Virus record (IMG/VR): IMGVR_UViG_3300021518_000002
Strand: one strand, 5' to 3'
Origin: a virus
Length of the DNA: 44,730 nucleotides
The number at the start of each line of letters is the position of its first letter. The first letter of the stretch is position 1. A model generated the notes under the pieces. The model was not told the DNA's origin. It saw nothing but the letters and a program-made list of their open reading frames with translations, and did not search any database. The position numbers were made by a program, and so were the translations under genes. Positions 34,889 to 42,546 of this stretch are shown here, piece after piece.

Positions 34889-35956
34889 ATGAAAAGACAT
34901 GGGTATTTATACGAAAAAATTTATGATATGGACAACCTAATCCTTGCACACCAAAATGCTAAAAAGGGAAAAGGATGGTACAAAGAAGTTCAGATGGTTG
35001 ATGCAAACCCCGAATATTATTTTAGTTTGCTTCAAGAAATGCTGATTAATAAAACGTACCAAACTTCAAACTATGAAACATTCATCAAGAATGATAGCGG
35101 AAAAGAAAGAGAAATTTTTAAATTACCCTATTTCCCCGACAGAATATGTCAGTGGGCAATATTACAAATAATTGAACCGCTACTATTAAACAATTTCACC
35201 AAGGATACTTATTCAGCAATTCCAGGAAGGGGAATTCATCTTTGTTTCAATAGATTATGTGATGAAGTTCAGAATGATGTTCCAGGGTCACAGTATTGTT
35301 TAAAAATTGATGCAAAGAAGTTTTATCCATCTATCAACCACACAATCTTAAAAGAAAAATATAGAAGATTGTTCAAAGATTCTGACCTTCTTTGGTTACT
35401 GGATGAAATCATTGATTCTACACCTGGTGACACTGGAATTCCTATTGGAAATTATCTGTCACAATACAGTGGTAACTTTTATTTTTCAGAGTTTGACCAC
35501 TGGATAAAAGAAGTCAAACGTGTAAAGCATTATTTCAGATACATGGATGACATAGTAATCCTTGGAAACAACAAAGAAGCACTTCATCAACTTAGAAAAG
35601 AAATAGATGAATATTTCAAAACAAAATTGAAGTTAAAAATCAAAGAAAGTTGGCAAGTGTTCCCTACATTTGTGCGTGGAATTGATTATGTTGGATACAG
35701 GATATTTCTGAATTTTAAACTTCTTAGAAAATCCACTTGTAAGCAATTCAAGAAGAAAATGATTGCAATTAATAAAAAGCGGATAGAAGGAAAAGAACTA
35801 AATTATTCAGAATGGTGTTCAATCAATTCCTATAAGGGATGGTTGATTCATTGTGATAGTTATAGATTAATAGAAAAATATATTGAACCAATTCAACAAT
35901 TTGCAGATGATTATTATTTGCAAAACATTTATATGAAGGGTGGAATACCTGCATGA
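34889..35956 (+). CDS. DGR-type reverse transcriptase
   Basis: Motifs: PDRICQWAI, AIPGRGIHL, LKIDAKKFYPSINH, IPIGNYLSQ (DGR-typical (I/L)GxxxSQ), RYMDDIVILG (YxDD), GIDYVGYRI. Confidence 0.9.
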   Translation: MKRHGYLYEKIYDMDNLILAHQNAKKGKGWYKEVQMVDANPEYYFSLLQEMLINKTYQTSNYETFIKNDSGKEREIFKLPYFPDRICQWAILQIIEPLLLNNFTKDTYSAIPGRGIHLCFNRLCDEVQNDVPGSQYCLKIDAKKFYPSINHTILKEKYRRLFKDSDLLWLLDEIIDSTPGDTGIPIGNYLSQYSGNFYFSEFDHWIKEVKRVKHYFRYMDDIVILGNNKEALHQLRKEIDEYFKTKLKLKIKESWQVFPTFVRGIDYVGYRIFLNFKLLRKSTCKQFKKKMIAINKKRIEGKELNYSEWCSINSYKGWLIHCDSYRLIEKYIEPIQQFADDYYLQNIYMKGGIPA

Positions 35957-36207
35957 AAGATTATGGAAAAGTAAGAAGCACTGTTCAACCTGAACCATTA
36001 GTGATTGATGAATTTAACGTTTGGGTTTATTCCAACATTACACAAGTTGAAGAAAATGATGGGGATAACACTTTCACTGGCTTTGAATATGACATGGTTC
36101 AGTACGAAAAAGATGAATACATCAGGATCATGGCTGAACGAAACAGTAATACGGAAAGTACGCTTGATTCATTGTTAACAGAAATTCTTCCAAGTCTAAT
36201 GGTTTAA
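35953..36207 (+). CDS. Hypothetical acidic protein (tail-fibre-associated, XkdW-like position)
   Basis: ATGA overlap with the RT stop. 84 aa and acidic. Confidence 0.55.
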   Translation: MKDYGKVRSTVQPEPLVIDEFNVWVYSNITQVEENDGDNTFTGFEYDMVQYEKDEYIRIMAERNSNTESTLDSLLTEILPSLMV

Positions 36208-36228
36208 TTGAAAGGTGGTGATAAATAA

Positions 36229-36402
36229 ATGAGTGCTTTCATTGCAAGGATGATTGAACAAGCTGCAAAGGTTTCAATCGCAAATGGTAAAGAAAAATAC
36301 AAAGCATATTTTGTTAATACCGCATTATATGTGAACTGGAAAACAGAAGTTGACACAATTCTTGAAACTGATGGATATACAGAAGTAATTGTTTCCAACT
36401 AA
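36229..36402 (+). CDS. Small hypothetical protein (57 aa)
   Basis: Not in the ORF track. AAAGGTGGTGA lies 8 nt upstream of the ATG. Preferred over the antisense track ORF 36204..36398. Confidence 0.55.
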   Translation: MSAFIARMIEQAAKVSIANGKEKYKAYFVNTALYVNWKTEVDTILETDGYTEVIVSN

Positions 36403-36414
36403 ATTACAAATTAA

Positions 36415-36455
36415 AAACCCTTATTTGACGGTAAATGTCGGATAAGGGTTTTTTG
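36415..36455 (+). terminator. Rho-independent terminator
   Basis: CCCTTAT (36418-36424) pairs with ATAAGGG (36442-36448), followed by TTTTTT. Confidence 0.65.
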
Positions 36456-36491
36456 TATTCTATCATGCCATTCAAGGGGGAAATGTGTCTA

Positions 36492-36803
36492 ATGACTATT
36501 GAAGTTGCGTTATTAATTTCAGGACTTTCCCTGGCTTTCGGAATTTATTCAGGCATCAACAACATGAAAAGAAATCAACGAACAGATACCAAAGCAGAAG
36601 CAAGTGAATTGACAACTGTCATTGTGAAACTTGAAAACATTGGGAATGGAATCACCGAAATAAAAAGTGAAATGAAAAATGTAAAAAATGACATTAAAGA
36701 AAGTCGTGAAAGGCTTATTAAAGTTGAGGAATCAACAAAACAGGCACATAAACGGTTGGATTCGCTTGAAAAGTACAAAAGGCCTTCTGATTCAGATAAA
36801 TAA
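36492..36803 (+). CDS. Lysis-associated membrane protein (N-terminal TM plus coiled coil; tentatively XhlA-like)
   Basis: The ATG at 36492 (MTIEVALLISGLSLAFGIY...) lies about 11 nt after AAGGGGG. The track start at 36435 lies inside the terminator loop. Coiled-coil C-terminus; the holin gene is directly downstream. Confidence 0.55.
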   Translation: MTIEVALLISGLSLAFGIYSGINNMKRNQRTDTKAEASELTTVIVKLENIGNGITEIKSEMKNVKNDIKESRERLIKVEESTKQAHKRLDSLEKYKRPSDSDK

Positions 36804-36817
36804 AGGAGATTTTTAAT

Positions 36818-37078
36818 ATGGAAAAAATTTTAATTTTCGCAACGGTTATTTTACCGATTGTCACAGCTTTGGTTGAACTGGTTAAACGAACAGTTAGTTT
36901 GTCAAAAAATATTATTCCCTTAGTTAGTTTACTAGTTGGTTTGATTATTGGTGCAGCAGCTTATCCATTCACTGACATGGAACTTGTATTGAGGTTGTGG
37001 GCAGGTGGATTTGCAGGTTTAGCTGCAACTGGATTATTTGAATTAGCGATTAACAAACGTGAAGGAAACACCAAATAA
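36818..37078 (+). CDS. Holin (SPP1-holin-like, two TM helices)
   Basis: 86 aa with two hydrophobic helices and a charged C-terminus (NKREGNTK), immediately upstream of the endolysin gene. Confidence 0.75.
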   Translation: MEKILIFATVILPIVTALVELVKRTVSLSKNIIPLVSLLVGLIIGAAAYPFTDMELVLRLWAGGFAGLAATGLFELAINKREGNTK

Positions 37079-37093
37079 GGAAGGTGACAAATC

Positions 37094-38041
37094 ATGCAAG
37101 TTATTAAAAACTTAGTTGACCAAAGTAAATATGGAATTAAGTGTCCATATGAAATGGATGCTGAATTCATTGTTGTTCATAATACTGCAAATGATGCAAG
37201 TGTAGTAAATGAAATTGCTTATATGATTAGAAACAATAATCAAGTTTCATATCATTATGCGGTGGATGACAAACAAATTATTCAAGGTATTCCTGAAAAT
37301 CGTAATGCCTGGCATGCAGGTGATGGTGGAAGTGGGAAAGGTAATAGAAAGGGATTATCCATTGAAATTTGCTATTCCAAATCAGGTGGAAATCAATTCA
37401 TTGCTGCTGAAAAGTTAGCTGCGAAATTCATTGCTTTCAAGTTAAAAGAAAAAGGTTGGGGCATTGATAAAGTTAAAAAACATCAAGATTTTAGTGGAAA
37501 ATACTGTCCACATAGAACCCTTGATATGGGTTGGGATAGGTTCTTGAACATGATTAAAGCTGAATTGAATACATCAGCACCTAAACCAAGTCAATCTTCA
37601 ACTGGTTCACTTTATCGTGTTCAGACTGGTGCATTTAAAGAAAAATCAAATGCTGATATATTATCACAAAAAATAAAAGCAGCAGGATTTGATACTTATA
37701 TAGTTCAAGATAGTGGATTATATAAAGTTCAGGTAGGTGCTTATGGTGAAAAATCAAATGCAGAAGCTATGGTTTCAAAATTAAAAGCAAAAGGCTTTGA
37801 TGCTTTCATTACCACGCAATCAGGACAAGCTGTTGCATCTAGTCCACCTCCAATTAAAGTTATTGGTGTTGGAAGTAAGGTTAAAGTTCGAAATGGTGCA
37901 AAAACTTACAGTGGTGGCGGTGTGTCATCTTTTGTTTACAAAAGTGTATACATTGTGGATGAACTGAAAGGTGACAGGGCAGTTCTCGATAAAAAAGGAA
38001 TTTGCACACCATTCAAGGTATCTGATCTAATTCTTCAATAA
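37094..38041 (+). CDS. Endolysin: N-acetylmuramoyl-L-alanine amidase (Amidase_2/PGRP fold) with two SPOR-like repeats and a C-terminal SH3-like module
   Basis: FIVVHNTAN, NAWHAGDG, GLSIEICY and KYCPHR are amidase_2 Zn-site residues. YRVQTGAFKEKSNA and YKVQVGAYGEKSNA are SPOR-type repeats. Confidence 0.85.
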   Translation: MQVIKNLVDQSKYGIKCPYEMDAEFIVVHNTANDASVVNEIAYMIRNNNQVSYHYAVDDKQIIQGIPENRNAWHAGDGGSGKGNRKGLSIEICYSKSGGNQFIAAEKLAAKFIAFKLKEKGWGIDKVKKHQDFSGKYCPHRTLDMGWDRFLNMIKAELNTSAPKPSQSSTGSLYRVQTGAFKEKSNADILSQKIKAAGFDTYIVQDSGLYKVQVGAYGEKSNAEAMVSKLKAKGFDAFITTQSGQAVASSPPPIKVIGVGSKVKVRNGAKTYSGGGVSSFVYKSVYIVDELKGDRAVLDKKGICTPFKVSDLILQ

Positions 38042-38046
38042 CGTAA

Positions 38047-38080
38047 AAGAAGCCATGCTAAATAAATAGCATGGCTTCTT
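38047..38080. terminator. Bidirectional terminator between convergent genes
   Basis: AAGAAGCCATGCTA (38047-38060) pairs with TAGCATGGCTTCTT (38067-38080). Confidence 0.75.
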
Positions 38081-38081
38081 G

Positions 38082-38534
38082 TTATAAGGAAACATTCATT
38101 GGTTGTACTTGTGGTTTTAGTTTACGGAACATATCAACAAATTGACCTGCACCAAGAAAATCATTTGTTCTAAGAACAATGGTCTTTTCTTCTTTTGAAA
38201 AATAATTAATGATAACAAAGTGCGTTAAATTCTTTTTCTCTTTTGTTTTAACCCTTCCACCTACCATTGCCCCGATTACCCCAAATGTTGCAGCACCAAT
38301 GACCATTCCAGGTAAAGACTGCTGAATGATCTTCTCCATTTCAACTTCATTTTTATAATCAATCAAAGTGATTTTTGACATATCAATTGTAAATTCTTGT
38401 TTTGTAGATGCAACGATTAAAGTTACATTTTCGGGTGTTAATTTAACAACTAAATCTGAACCTTCTGATACTGGTAATCCTTCGACTAAATTTACCCCAA
38501 TTACTTTTTGAGTGACCTTTTTTCTTCCAAACAT
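38082..38534 (-). CDS. Membrane protein of unknown function (lysogeny-region moron; glycine-zipper TM helix)
   Basis: PGMVIGAATFGVIGAMVGG is a central TM helix. The start was placed at MFGRKK (38534) behind AGGAAAGGTGA; the track start at 38573 lies in a CTTGAACA box. Confidence 0.6.
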   Translation of the reverse strand: MFGRKKVTQKVIGVNLVEGLPVSEGSDLVVKLTPENVTLIVASTKQEFTIDMSKITLIDYKNEVEMEKIIQQSLPGMVIGAATFGVIGAMVGGRVKTKEKKNLTHFVIINYFSKEEKTIVLRTNDFLGAGQFVDMFRKLKPQVQPMNVSL

Positions 38535-38564
38535 GGCTTTCACCTTTCCTTTTTCATATTTTAC

Positions 38565-38860
38565 CTTGAACATGGAACATTACCTTGAACAGACTAAAAC
38601 CTTGATTTATCAATGGTTTGACCATGAATAATGTTATAAGTGTTCAAGGTTCAAGATGACTCTCTATATATACTTATTTTTAGAGTATATTATTATATGT
38701 TTCTATAATAACTTTATTTTTACTAATTCACATAATAATTATTAACTATCTTGAACAAATTGAACAGATATTAAACAAACTTAGTAACCATAGGTATTTG
38801 AATCTGTTCAAGGTGTATTGTTTTCATCTTGAACCATATTGAACACATCTTGAACCACCC
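38565..38860 (-). promoter_or_regulatory. Non-coding module B: inverted paralogue of module A (TGTTCAAG/CTTGAACA boxes plus AT-rich core)
   Basis: Boxes at 38565, 38584, 38641, 38649, 38750, 38760, 38805, 38828, 38839 and 38849. 38661-38689 is the reverse complement of 13187-13213 with a 2-nt insertion. 38748-38769 is the reverse complement of 13108-13129 with 1 mismatch. Confidence 0.7.
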
Positions 38861-38910
38861 CTTAATGGATATATTTCTACACTTGGTTAAAAAGTCCTTT
38901 ATTTTTCCCT

Positions 38911-38938
38911 GTCATAAATCGGTCATACCGGTCATACC
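38911..38938 (+). promoter_or_regulatory. Three direct GTCATA(CC) repeats upstream of the first RHH-like gene
   Basis: GTCATAAATC, GTCATACCG and GTCATACCT begin at 38911, 38922 and 38931. A fourth GTCATACC lies at 39171-39178. Confidence 0.5.
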
Positions 38939-38958
38939 TTGTTATCAGGAGGTGCAAA

Positions 38959-39171
38959 ATGAGTGAAAACAAGGTAAGAAAAACTATTTCACTAAATCGA
39001 ACTAATCCTGATGATCTAAAAATAATAAATAAAATTGAACAGCCTGATTTTAATTTTAATGAATTTTCAAGAGAAGCAATGTTGGAAAAAATTCAAAGGG
39101 AAGAAAAAACCAAATTTAAAGTTGTCCAGGAACGAACAAAAGAAGGAGGTATTAAAATAGTCGTGGGGTAG
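38959..39171 (+). CDS. Small ribbon-helix-helix-like protein
   Basis: RBS CAGGAGGTG. The N-terminus KVRKTISLNRTNPDDLKII resembles the RHH beta-strand plus helix. Confidence 0.5.
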   Translation: MSENKVRKTISLNRTNPDDLKIINKIEQPDFNFNEFSREAMLEKIQREEKTKFKVVQERTKEGGIKIVVG

Positions 39172-39274
39172 TCATACCGAACATGCGACCCCCTCCCTCT
39201 TAACCCCTTTTGTTACATTGTTACACGTTTGACATTGGTAATTGTCATGACAAATGGAAAGGGGATTTTTTAAG

Positions 39275-39547
39275 ATGATAGAGGGGAAAGGGTTAGGAAA
39301 CAAAAAAGTTAATCGGGTTAATCTTTCATTGACGAACAAATCAAACAATAAATTGAACAAGCTTGCAACAGCTTGTAATATGAAACCAACCACCCTGGCT
39401 TGTTTGCTGCTCGAAATAGGATTGGATTCCAGTGATCTTATTAATAAGTTACAAGATGAATATAATGTTCACAATGCTTATCGGGTTGTTCTTGTGAAGG
39501 ACTTTAGAACTAATGAACTTCAATACGTTTTGAATGAAAGGTGGTAG
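39275..39547 (+). CDS. Small ribbon-helix-helix-like protein
   Basis: ATG at 39275 behind AAAGGGGA. VNRVNLSLTNKSNNKLNKLATACNMKPTTLACLLLEIGL has a CopG/Arc-like pattern. Confidence 0.5.
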   Translation: MIEGKGLGNKKVNRVNLSLTNKSNNKLNKLATACNMKPTTLACLLLEIGLDSSDLINKLQDEYNVHNAYRVVLVKDFRTNELQYVLNERW

Positions 39548-39553
39548 ATAAAT

Positions 39554-39817
39554 TTGGTGGATTGGATTAGTTTTATATCAGGTAGTGTAATGACTGTATT
39601 TGCTTTTGGTCTTTTCAATTCTGACAAAGAAGATGTGGAAGAAGATGAAAATGAAGAATATGAAGATGAAGATAATGATGAAGTGGAAATAAATTATTTC
39701 AAAGGAAAGACTGCAATAATGAGTTGTCAAACATGCCGTAAATTGAAAAAGCATTCAGAAGTTAAACCTAATTTGTGGCAATGTCTTAAATGTAAAAGAC
39801 ATACGGATTTAAGATAA
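39554..39817 (+). CDS. Membrane-anchored acidic protein with a C-terminal zinc ribbon
   Basis: N-terminal TM helix (ISFISGSVMTVFAFGLF), an E/D-rich linker, then CQTC...CLKC. Confidence 0.5.
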   Translation: MVDWISFISGSVMTVFAFGLFNSDKEDVEEDENEEYEDEDNDEVEINYFKGKTAIMSCQTCRKLKKHSEVKPNLWQCLKCKRHTDLR

Positions 39818-39871
39818 ATAACCTCGAAACAACCTCAAAATAACCTCAAGTTTTCTTCATTACTTTTTAGT

Positions 39872-39913
39872 GGTATTACCCCCTACTTATTGAGATAAGA
39901 GGGGGGTAATACC
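39872..39913. terminator. 42-bp near-perfect palindrome (bidirectional terminator and/or attP candidate)
   Basis: GGTATTACCCCCTACTTAT (39872-39890), TGAG, then ATAAGAGGGGGGTAATACC (39895-39913). It lies between convergent genes, 1 nt from the int stop. Confidence 0.65.
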
Positions 39914-39914
39914 C

Positions 39915-41450
39915 TTACTTTTTAGTATTGCCCCTTTTCGTTGAGTGCCAAGGGAAAGGATCATCTGAAATAGGTATTTTCACTTCAATTGGAATTCCGT
40001 TAAACACTTCTGTAATTAAAATTAGTTTATCTTCATAAAGAATCCCTGTTGGAAAAAGTGTTCCCATTAATTGTGCTTTTTCTAAATTTGTTAATTCAGT
40101 TTCAATATTTTGGGTTAGTTCAATGTACTGATATAGATTTTCATAAGTAAAGGAACTTGATTCAATCGCTTCAAATTTCCTTTTATGTTTTTCTAATTCT
40201 TCTTCCTGGATAGTTAATTTTGAGTTCAATTCTTTTTCTTTTTCCATGTACTTATCTTTATTTAGTCCACCTGATAAATATAAATCCAATAACCTTTCAG
40301 CAGAACTTCTTAGATCAGTTAAATCCTTTTCCATAGATTTTATTTTGTTTTTCAAATTTGAAATTTCTTCTTCATTATGGTCAATATTTATATATTCTTT
40401 TGCTAATTCTTCACTGACCAAAATATTTTTTAACGCTTTTAAAATATTTTTATCAAAACGTACAGAATTAATATTAATATCACAAATCGAACCATCCTTA
40501 ATTCTTAACTTTCTTCCATGTTTAGCATAGTAGAGTGGACTTTTTTTAGTTCCATGCGTGGCAATTAAAATTTTCCTTCCACATTTCCCACATGTTAAGT
40601 TAGTTCTTTTAAGCATATGAATATTTTCTGTATTTTTTCTTCCTGAAACACTAAATTGTTCACCACGTTTTTTTCTTTCGATTTGAAGTTTATTGTAAGT
40701 TTCTTCTGTTCTCATTGGTTCATAGACAGGTGCAGCAATTGTTTCACCTGTACTAAAATCCATTTCTTGAATACCATGAAAGGCTTTGGAAATTAACCTG
40801 GTATGCACTAAATGTTCATTCCACTTTCTACCTGTTGGTGTTTTTGATATTTCATTTAGACGATCACTAATGAGTTTCATCCCTAATTGTTCATTCAGGT
40901 ATAAATTATCTATGAATGGAATAACCCATTTCCATTCTTCTTTTGCTTCATATTTAGCAGTTTGCCTATTATACCTATATTCAAACGGTGATTGACCCCA
41001 ACCTTTACCTTCCCTTAACCTTTGTCTTTTCCCACGCATCATGGCACGAACAATGCCTTTTTTCTGACGTTTAGCAATCAAGTTTTTAATATCTGATATG
41101 AATTCATCATCTTCATTTTCCAAGTCAATAAGATTACCTGGTTCAGCTATTTTTACACCATTTTCACGCAATGTACTTTTTAGATATTCCCAGGCGATAG
41201 TATCAAGTCGGGATAATCTATCTTGTTCAACGACAAGAACAACATCAATTCCACCATTTTCAACAAGATCCAATAAAGCATTCAATCCATCTTTACTAAG
41301 TTTCCCACCACTATCAACATCTCTAAATTCATCAATCAAAGACCAACCCATTTGATTTACATATTTATTTAATTCCGTTTTTTGTGCAGGTAAACTGAAT
41401 TTCTTTTCTTGCAGCTTGGTTGAAACTCGGTAATAGTTGGCAACCCTCAT
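39915..41450 (-). CDS. int: Large serine recombinase (integrase)
   Basis: The N-terminus YYRVSTKLQ contains the catalytic Ser. Also VVEQDRLSRL, a recombinase domain, the zinc ribbon CGKCGRK, and a C-terminal coiled coil. 511 aa. Confidence 0.9.
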   Translation of the reverse strand: MRVANYYRVSTKLQEKKFSLPAQKTELNKYVNQMGWSLIDEFRDVDSGGKLSKDGLNALLDLVENGGIDVVLVVEQDRLSRLDTIAWEYLKSTLRENGVKIAEPGNLIDLENEDDEFISDIKNLIAKRQKKGIVRAMMRGKRQRLREGKGWGQSPFEYRYNRQTAKYEAKEEWKWVIPFIDNLYLNEQLGMKLISDRLNEISKTPTGRKWNEHLVHTRLISKAFHGIQEMDFSTGETIAAPVYEPMRTEETYNKLQIERKKRGEQFSVSGRKNTENIHMLKRTNLTCGKCGRKILIATHGTKKSPLYYAKHGRKLRIKDGSICDININSVRFDKNILKALKNILVSEELAKEYINIDHNEEEISNLKNKIKSMEKDLTDLRSSAERLLDLYLSGGLNKDKYMEKEKELNSKLTIQEEELEKHKRKFEAIESSSFTYENLYQYIELTQNIETELTNLEKAQLMGTLFPTGILYEDKLILITEVFNGIPIEVKIPISDDPFPWHSTKRGNTKK

Positions 41451-41461
41451 GTAAATACCTC

Positions 41462-41495
41462 CCTAAAGAAAATAGGTGGGAGCGACCCACCTATT
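41462..41495 (-). terminator. Rho-independent terminator of the repressor gene
   Basis: AATAGGTGGG (41471-41480) pairs with CCCACCTATT (41486-41495). On the minus strand it is followed by TTTCTTT. Confidence 0.7.
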
Positions 41496-41517
41496 GGTTA
41501 AATATCTAGCTAGAGAT

Positions 41518-42156
41518 TTAATCTAATTCGACAGTGTAAAGAACCACTTTTCCATGTATTTTTAGACTTTCATTTTCATCTGATACTATGTAATCAGTGA
41601 ATCTTGAATCATGTGAATCAGGTCTAAAAATAATCTGATGGTCATGTCTATAAATTCTTTTAACTGCATAATCACTTTCATCACTGTAAACCACAATGTC
41701 ACCATCTTTTAAATTTTCCAGTGCAACTTGGCTTACAGCAATCAATGAACCATGTGGAAATACTCTATTCATTGATTCTCCATTAACCTTCATAATGAAA
41801 AGATTGCGATTACCTGCCCATTTCCCCATAAGTACATCAGGAATAGTTATTTCTTCAACATTATCCTTGGTAATCGGTTCAACATTACTTGGTAGGCCTG
41901 CTGAAATAGAAATTGGATAGTATGGATATTCTGATGTTAGGTCTTTACCGTTTTCATCACACCATCCCATCAAATATGCTGGTGAAACATTCAATGCTTC
42001 TGCTAAAGGTGTTATTACATTAACAGTCATATTTTCAATGTCATCACTTTCATATCTATAAATGGTAGCTCGGTTTTTTCCTACTTTATCAGCTAGTTGA
42101 TCAGCCGATAATTTCAATTGTTTTCTTCTCTTTTTTATTCGTTCCCCGACAGTCAT
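41518..42156 (-). CDS. CI-like repressor (XRE HTH plus S24 LexA-type autopeptidase domain)
   Basis: The N-terminus RIKKRRKQLKLSADQLADKVGKNRATIYRYE is an HTH. The C-terminus has GESM ... and VVYSD...AVKRI, the Ser/Lys dyad pattern of S24 peptidases. It is divergent from a cro-like gene. Confidence 0.85.
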   Translation of the reverse strand: MTVGERIKKRRKQLKLSADQLADKVGKNRATIYRYESDDIENMTVNVITPLAEALNVSPAYLMGWCDENGKDLTSEYPYYPISISAGLPSNVEPITKDNVEEITIPDVLMGKWAGNRNLFIMKVNGESMNRVFPHGSLIAVSQVALENLKDGDIVVYSDESDYAVKRIYRHDHQIIFRPDSHDSRFTDYIVSDENESLKIHGKVVLYTVELD

Positions 42157-42190
42157 TTTCTCACCTCCTGTAATTAATATTATAGTAAAA

Positions 42191-42206
42191 GTCGCAAATA
42201 TGCAAC
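42191..42206. promoter_or_regulatory. Operator-like imperfect palindrome GTCGCAA-AT-ATGCAAC
   Basis: Shares half-sites with the sites at 42291-42307 and 42538-42554. It overlaps the putative leftward promoter (TATAAT on the minus strand around 42178-42183). Confidence 0.45.
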
Positions 42207-42254
42207 AAAATAATGAAATGCGAAAAACTTTTTTGTATTTCGTGCGATTAATAG

Positions 42255-42283
42255 TTGACTATTTAAGAAATATGTCTTAATAT
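42255..42283 (+). promoter_or_regulatory. Rightward early promoter
   Basis: TTGACT (42255-42260), a 17-nt spacer, then TAATAT (42278-42283). Confidence 0.6.
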
Positions 42284-42290
42284 AAAATTA

Positions 42291-42307
42291 ATCGCATGGG
42301 ATGCGAC
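42291..42307. promoter_or_regulatory. Operator palindrome ATCGCAT-GGG-ATGCGAC
   Basis: 17-bp near-perfect dyad just downstream of the rightward -10. Confidence 0.55.
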
Positions 42308-42327
42308 AAAAAAGAAAGGGCGGTGAA

Positions 42328-42546
42328 ATGATGAATATCAATAAATTAAAAGCAAAAATAGTGGAAAAAGGTTTAAATGTAAGTAAGTTAGCAGATATGA
42401 TGGAAGTTGACAGAAGTACACTCTATCGTAAAATGCAAAATGGTGGAGAATCTTTCACAGTGAAAGAAGTTAATTCAATTGTTGGATTATTGGAGTTATC
42501 ACCAAATGAAGCCGTAGAAATTTTTTTTGGTGATAAAGTCGCATAA
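42328..42546 (+). CDS. Cro-like HTH regulator
   Basis: ATG behind AGGGCGGTGA. LNVSKLADMMEVDRSTLYRKM is an HTH. First gene of the rightward operon. Confidence 0.75.
   Translation: MMNINKLKAKIVEKGLNVSKLADMMEVDRSTLYRKMQNGGESFTVKEVNSIVGLLELSPNEAVEIFFGDKVA

Larger units (their letters stand above)
34396..35956 (+). mobile_element. Diversity-generating retroelement cassette (VR - TR - spacer - RT)
   Basis: Combination of the three features above, all on the same strand inside the late operon. Confidence 0.88.

Noticed and set aside
34725-34949. Minus-strand 74-aa ORF overlapping the TR end, the spacer and the RT start
   Set aside because: It has no RBS, is antisense to the DGR RNA region, and overlaps the well-supported RT start.
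35953-36207. 84-aa ORF after the RT considered as the DGR accessory protein Avd
   Set aside because: It is strongly acidic and shorter than Avd, with no sign of a basic four-helix bundle. It looks like the small conserved proteins that follow tail-fibre genes in Xkd-type phages. This cannot be excluded without a structure or HMM search.
36204-36398. Minus-strand 64-aa track ORF
   Set aside because: The opposite strand carries a 57-aa ORF (36229-36402) with a strong AAAGGTGGTGA RBS, co-directional with the whole late operon and followed by a terminator.
39172-39393. Minus-strand 73-aa ORF across the intergenic operator region
   Set aside because: It overlaps the RBS and start of the plus-strand RHH-like gene and the repeat and palindrome elements, and it has no RBS of its own.
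40246-41355. Plus-strand ORFs (94, 69 and 85 aa) inside the integrase gene
   Set aside because: They are antisense to a 511-aa serine recombinase with complete catalytic and zinc-ribbon motifs.
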